Part shown: piece by piece, positions 62,180-64,000 of the stretch | How positions within the stretch are numbered: the first letter of the stretch is position 1 | Layout of the letters: each line of letters opens with the position of its first letter | Source of the DNA: Lama glama | Lineage: Eukaryota | Direction: 5' to 3' | DNA length: 64,000 nucleotides | NCBI GenBank assembly: GCA_028534125.1 | Contig: CM052827.1 | Span: 33,172,001-33,236,000 of the forward strand | The notes under the pieces: model-generated | Told to the model about the DNA's origin: nothing | Databases searched by the model: none | Seen by the model: the letters and a program-made list of their open reading frames with translations, nothing else | Made by a program: the position numbers and the translations under genes

Positions 62180-62970
62180 TAGGTCTGGAATCCGACTCAC
62201 AGTAAGTCAGATTTTTATCAGCTGTGTGATTTTATGCAAGTTACTTAACATCTCTGAGCCTCAGTCTCTGTTTTTTTGTAAAGTGGGGATAATACAGTAG
62301 CTGTGTCAGGAAGCAGCACAGAACACACAGAACAGTGCCAGACATGTGGAAGGAGTTCAAAGAAGGACCGAATAGCATTGAGCGAGGCCCAGGTGAGACT
62401 ACACACATTCCTACGCCAGGCACAAGGTAAGGCCTCAGAGGCCATTAATTGCTGCTGTTTCTAATAGTACCATGATCTGTATCACACACCAAGCGCTGCT
62501 CCAGGGGCCTTTGTAGCCATTATCTCACCTGTCCCGCCCACAACCGTGCAGGGTTTTATATCATTATCCATGTCCTGCAGATGGGTTAGGCAGAGGCCCA
62601 GAGAGGTTGAAAAATCATCTCTTCAAGGGCACACAGCTGGCATGTGACGAGGCCAGGATGTCAGAGGGCCTCCAGAGCCTTTGTCACTTCCACAACATCA
62701 CCACAAGAGGTGTGCTGGGGTCTGAGTTTACACTGTGATTTTCCAAAATCAAAGTAAATGAGGGAATGATTCAATAGTTAACATTTATTGACCATTTATT
62801 GCATACCAGGGCCTGTGTGGAACATTTCTGAATCCTCACAATGACCTCATGAAGTAAGTATTAATACCCTTATTTTTTAAAAGAGGAGACTTTGAGCAGA
62901 GAATGGCTAAGCAGTCTGCCCGCAGTCACCAGCTGGTAAGTGATGGACCCTGATTCAAGTACAGGCAGTG
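62180..62970. mobile_element. Cluster of three MIRs (plus 62180-62350; minus about 62460-62690 and 62770-62970)
   Basis: gcaagttacttaacatctctgagcctcagtctc; gaggcccagagaggttga; acatttattgacc...aatcctcacaatgacctcatgaagtaag. Confidence 0.75.
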
Positions 62971-64000
62971 TCCCCAGAGACATGCTGGAGACAGATCAGC
63001 CTCATATAGTGATATGGAACAGTCTCTAAGATTTTTAAAAATATTTTTTGAGTCAAAAGCAAGGGGCAGAATGGATTGTCTCATGTGCTCCGTGTTTAAG
63101 AGGAGACGTATGGACATACAAGGTTTAATCTGCACAGAGTATCCAGGAGGCTAGTCATTAACTGTTGCCTCCAGGAAAAGAAACTGGTATGCTGGGGTCA
63201 GGGATGGGGGAAGATTAATACTTTCGTTGTACCCTTTGCATTTTTTATAGATGCCTTTAAAAGTATGAATGTGTAAGCCCCCTGTTCAGAAAGAAATTAC
63301 TTTCATCACTTTGCCAGCTTAATGGAAACATGTTGTTAGCATATAGCTCAAGGAGGCTCAGGGAGGAGCCCAGGCAGGAACAGAGGCAGTGCCCCTGATG
63401 AAGGACCCTCCACCTCCTCCCTGAAGGTGAGCAATAAAGGGGAAACATGTTTGAATCTGTGTCCAGTCTCCAAAGGAGACCAGCTGTGGCTCCAGGGTCT
63501 TTCCCTATTATCTCTGCTCCAGGCCCAGGACCTGGATTACGGAGGCCTGCTGACCCATGGGATCTGCCACCCTCCAGTTGGAGAAATGACCTTCTCATCC
63601 TAGAGAGCACTCTGGAACTTTCAATAGCTCCCTACTGCCTCCACCAGGCAAGTGGGCAGTGGAAACACCTCTGACCTGGAGGACAGGGCCCCTGGTCCAG
63701 GCTGCCTACCCTCACTCACTGTTGACCTTGGCAGGACCAGTTTCCTGCTCTGGGCCAGCATCCCCACCAATAGGGCAATGGTAGCCTGGAATAAAAAAGT
63801 CCTTCCTGGCTCTAAAAATATAAAAGCCCAAGGACTCCAATGCCCTCAGCAAGCCCCAGGCCCAACGGCCCCAAACCATACTGACTTCCTCCTCACAGCC
63901 CCGTCTTCCCCCCTCCTCTCCCCAGAGCCTGCCACTCGCCCTGAACCCCCTCACCACCTACCCAGGGTCCACACAGACTCACCCCAGTGGGCTCACATTT

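Noticed and set aside
1..64000. Naming the host gene/locus, or claiming a novel biological system
   Set aside because: No exon anchors the locus, and everything recognisable fits known mammalian repeats and ordinary cis-regulatory sequence.

Overview
Mammalian genomic DNA, almost certainly camelid (Camelus/Vicugna/Lama). The evidence is five tRNA-Ala-derived Vic-1-type SINEs, camelid/cetartiodactyl-type L1 3' ends and a Tigger1a_Art-like element. A 500-N assembly gap sits at the start. I find no supportable protein-coding exon or RNA gene: the supplied ORFs are either chance ORFs or decayed L1 ORF2 / ERV-L pol remnants. The window looks like a long intron or gene desert. It holds many interspersed repeats (L1, HAL1, L2, MIR, MLT1/MER21/ERVL/ERV1 LTRs, Tigger and hAT DNA elements), separated by repeat-free blocks rich in homeodomain, Pbx-Hox-Meis and E-box motifs that look like developmental enhancers. 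There are two strong convergent CTCF motifs and a third weaker one. The best curiosities are this candidate regulatory architecture, a dyad-dense CpG patch at about 40 kb, an ERV-L dUTPase fossil with nested insertions, a twin-primed L1 and candidate 3' transductions. I cannot support a previously undescribed biological system here. Repeat subfamily names come from recalled consensus sequences, and boundaries without a TSD are approximate.
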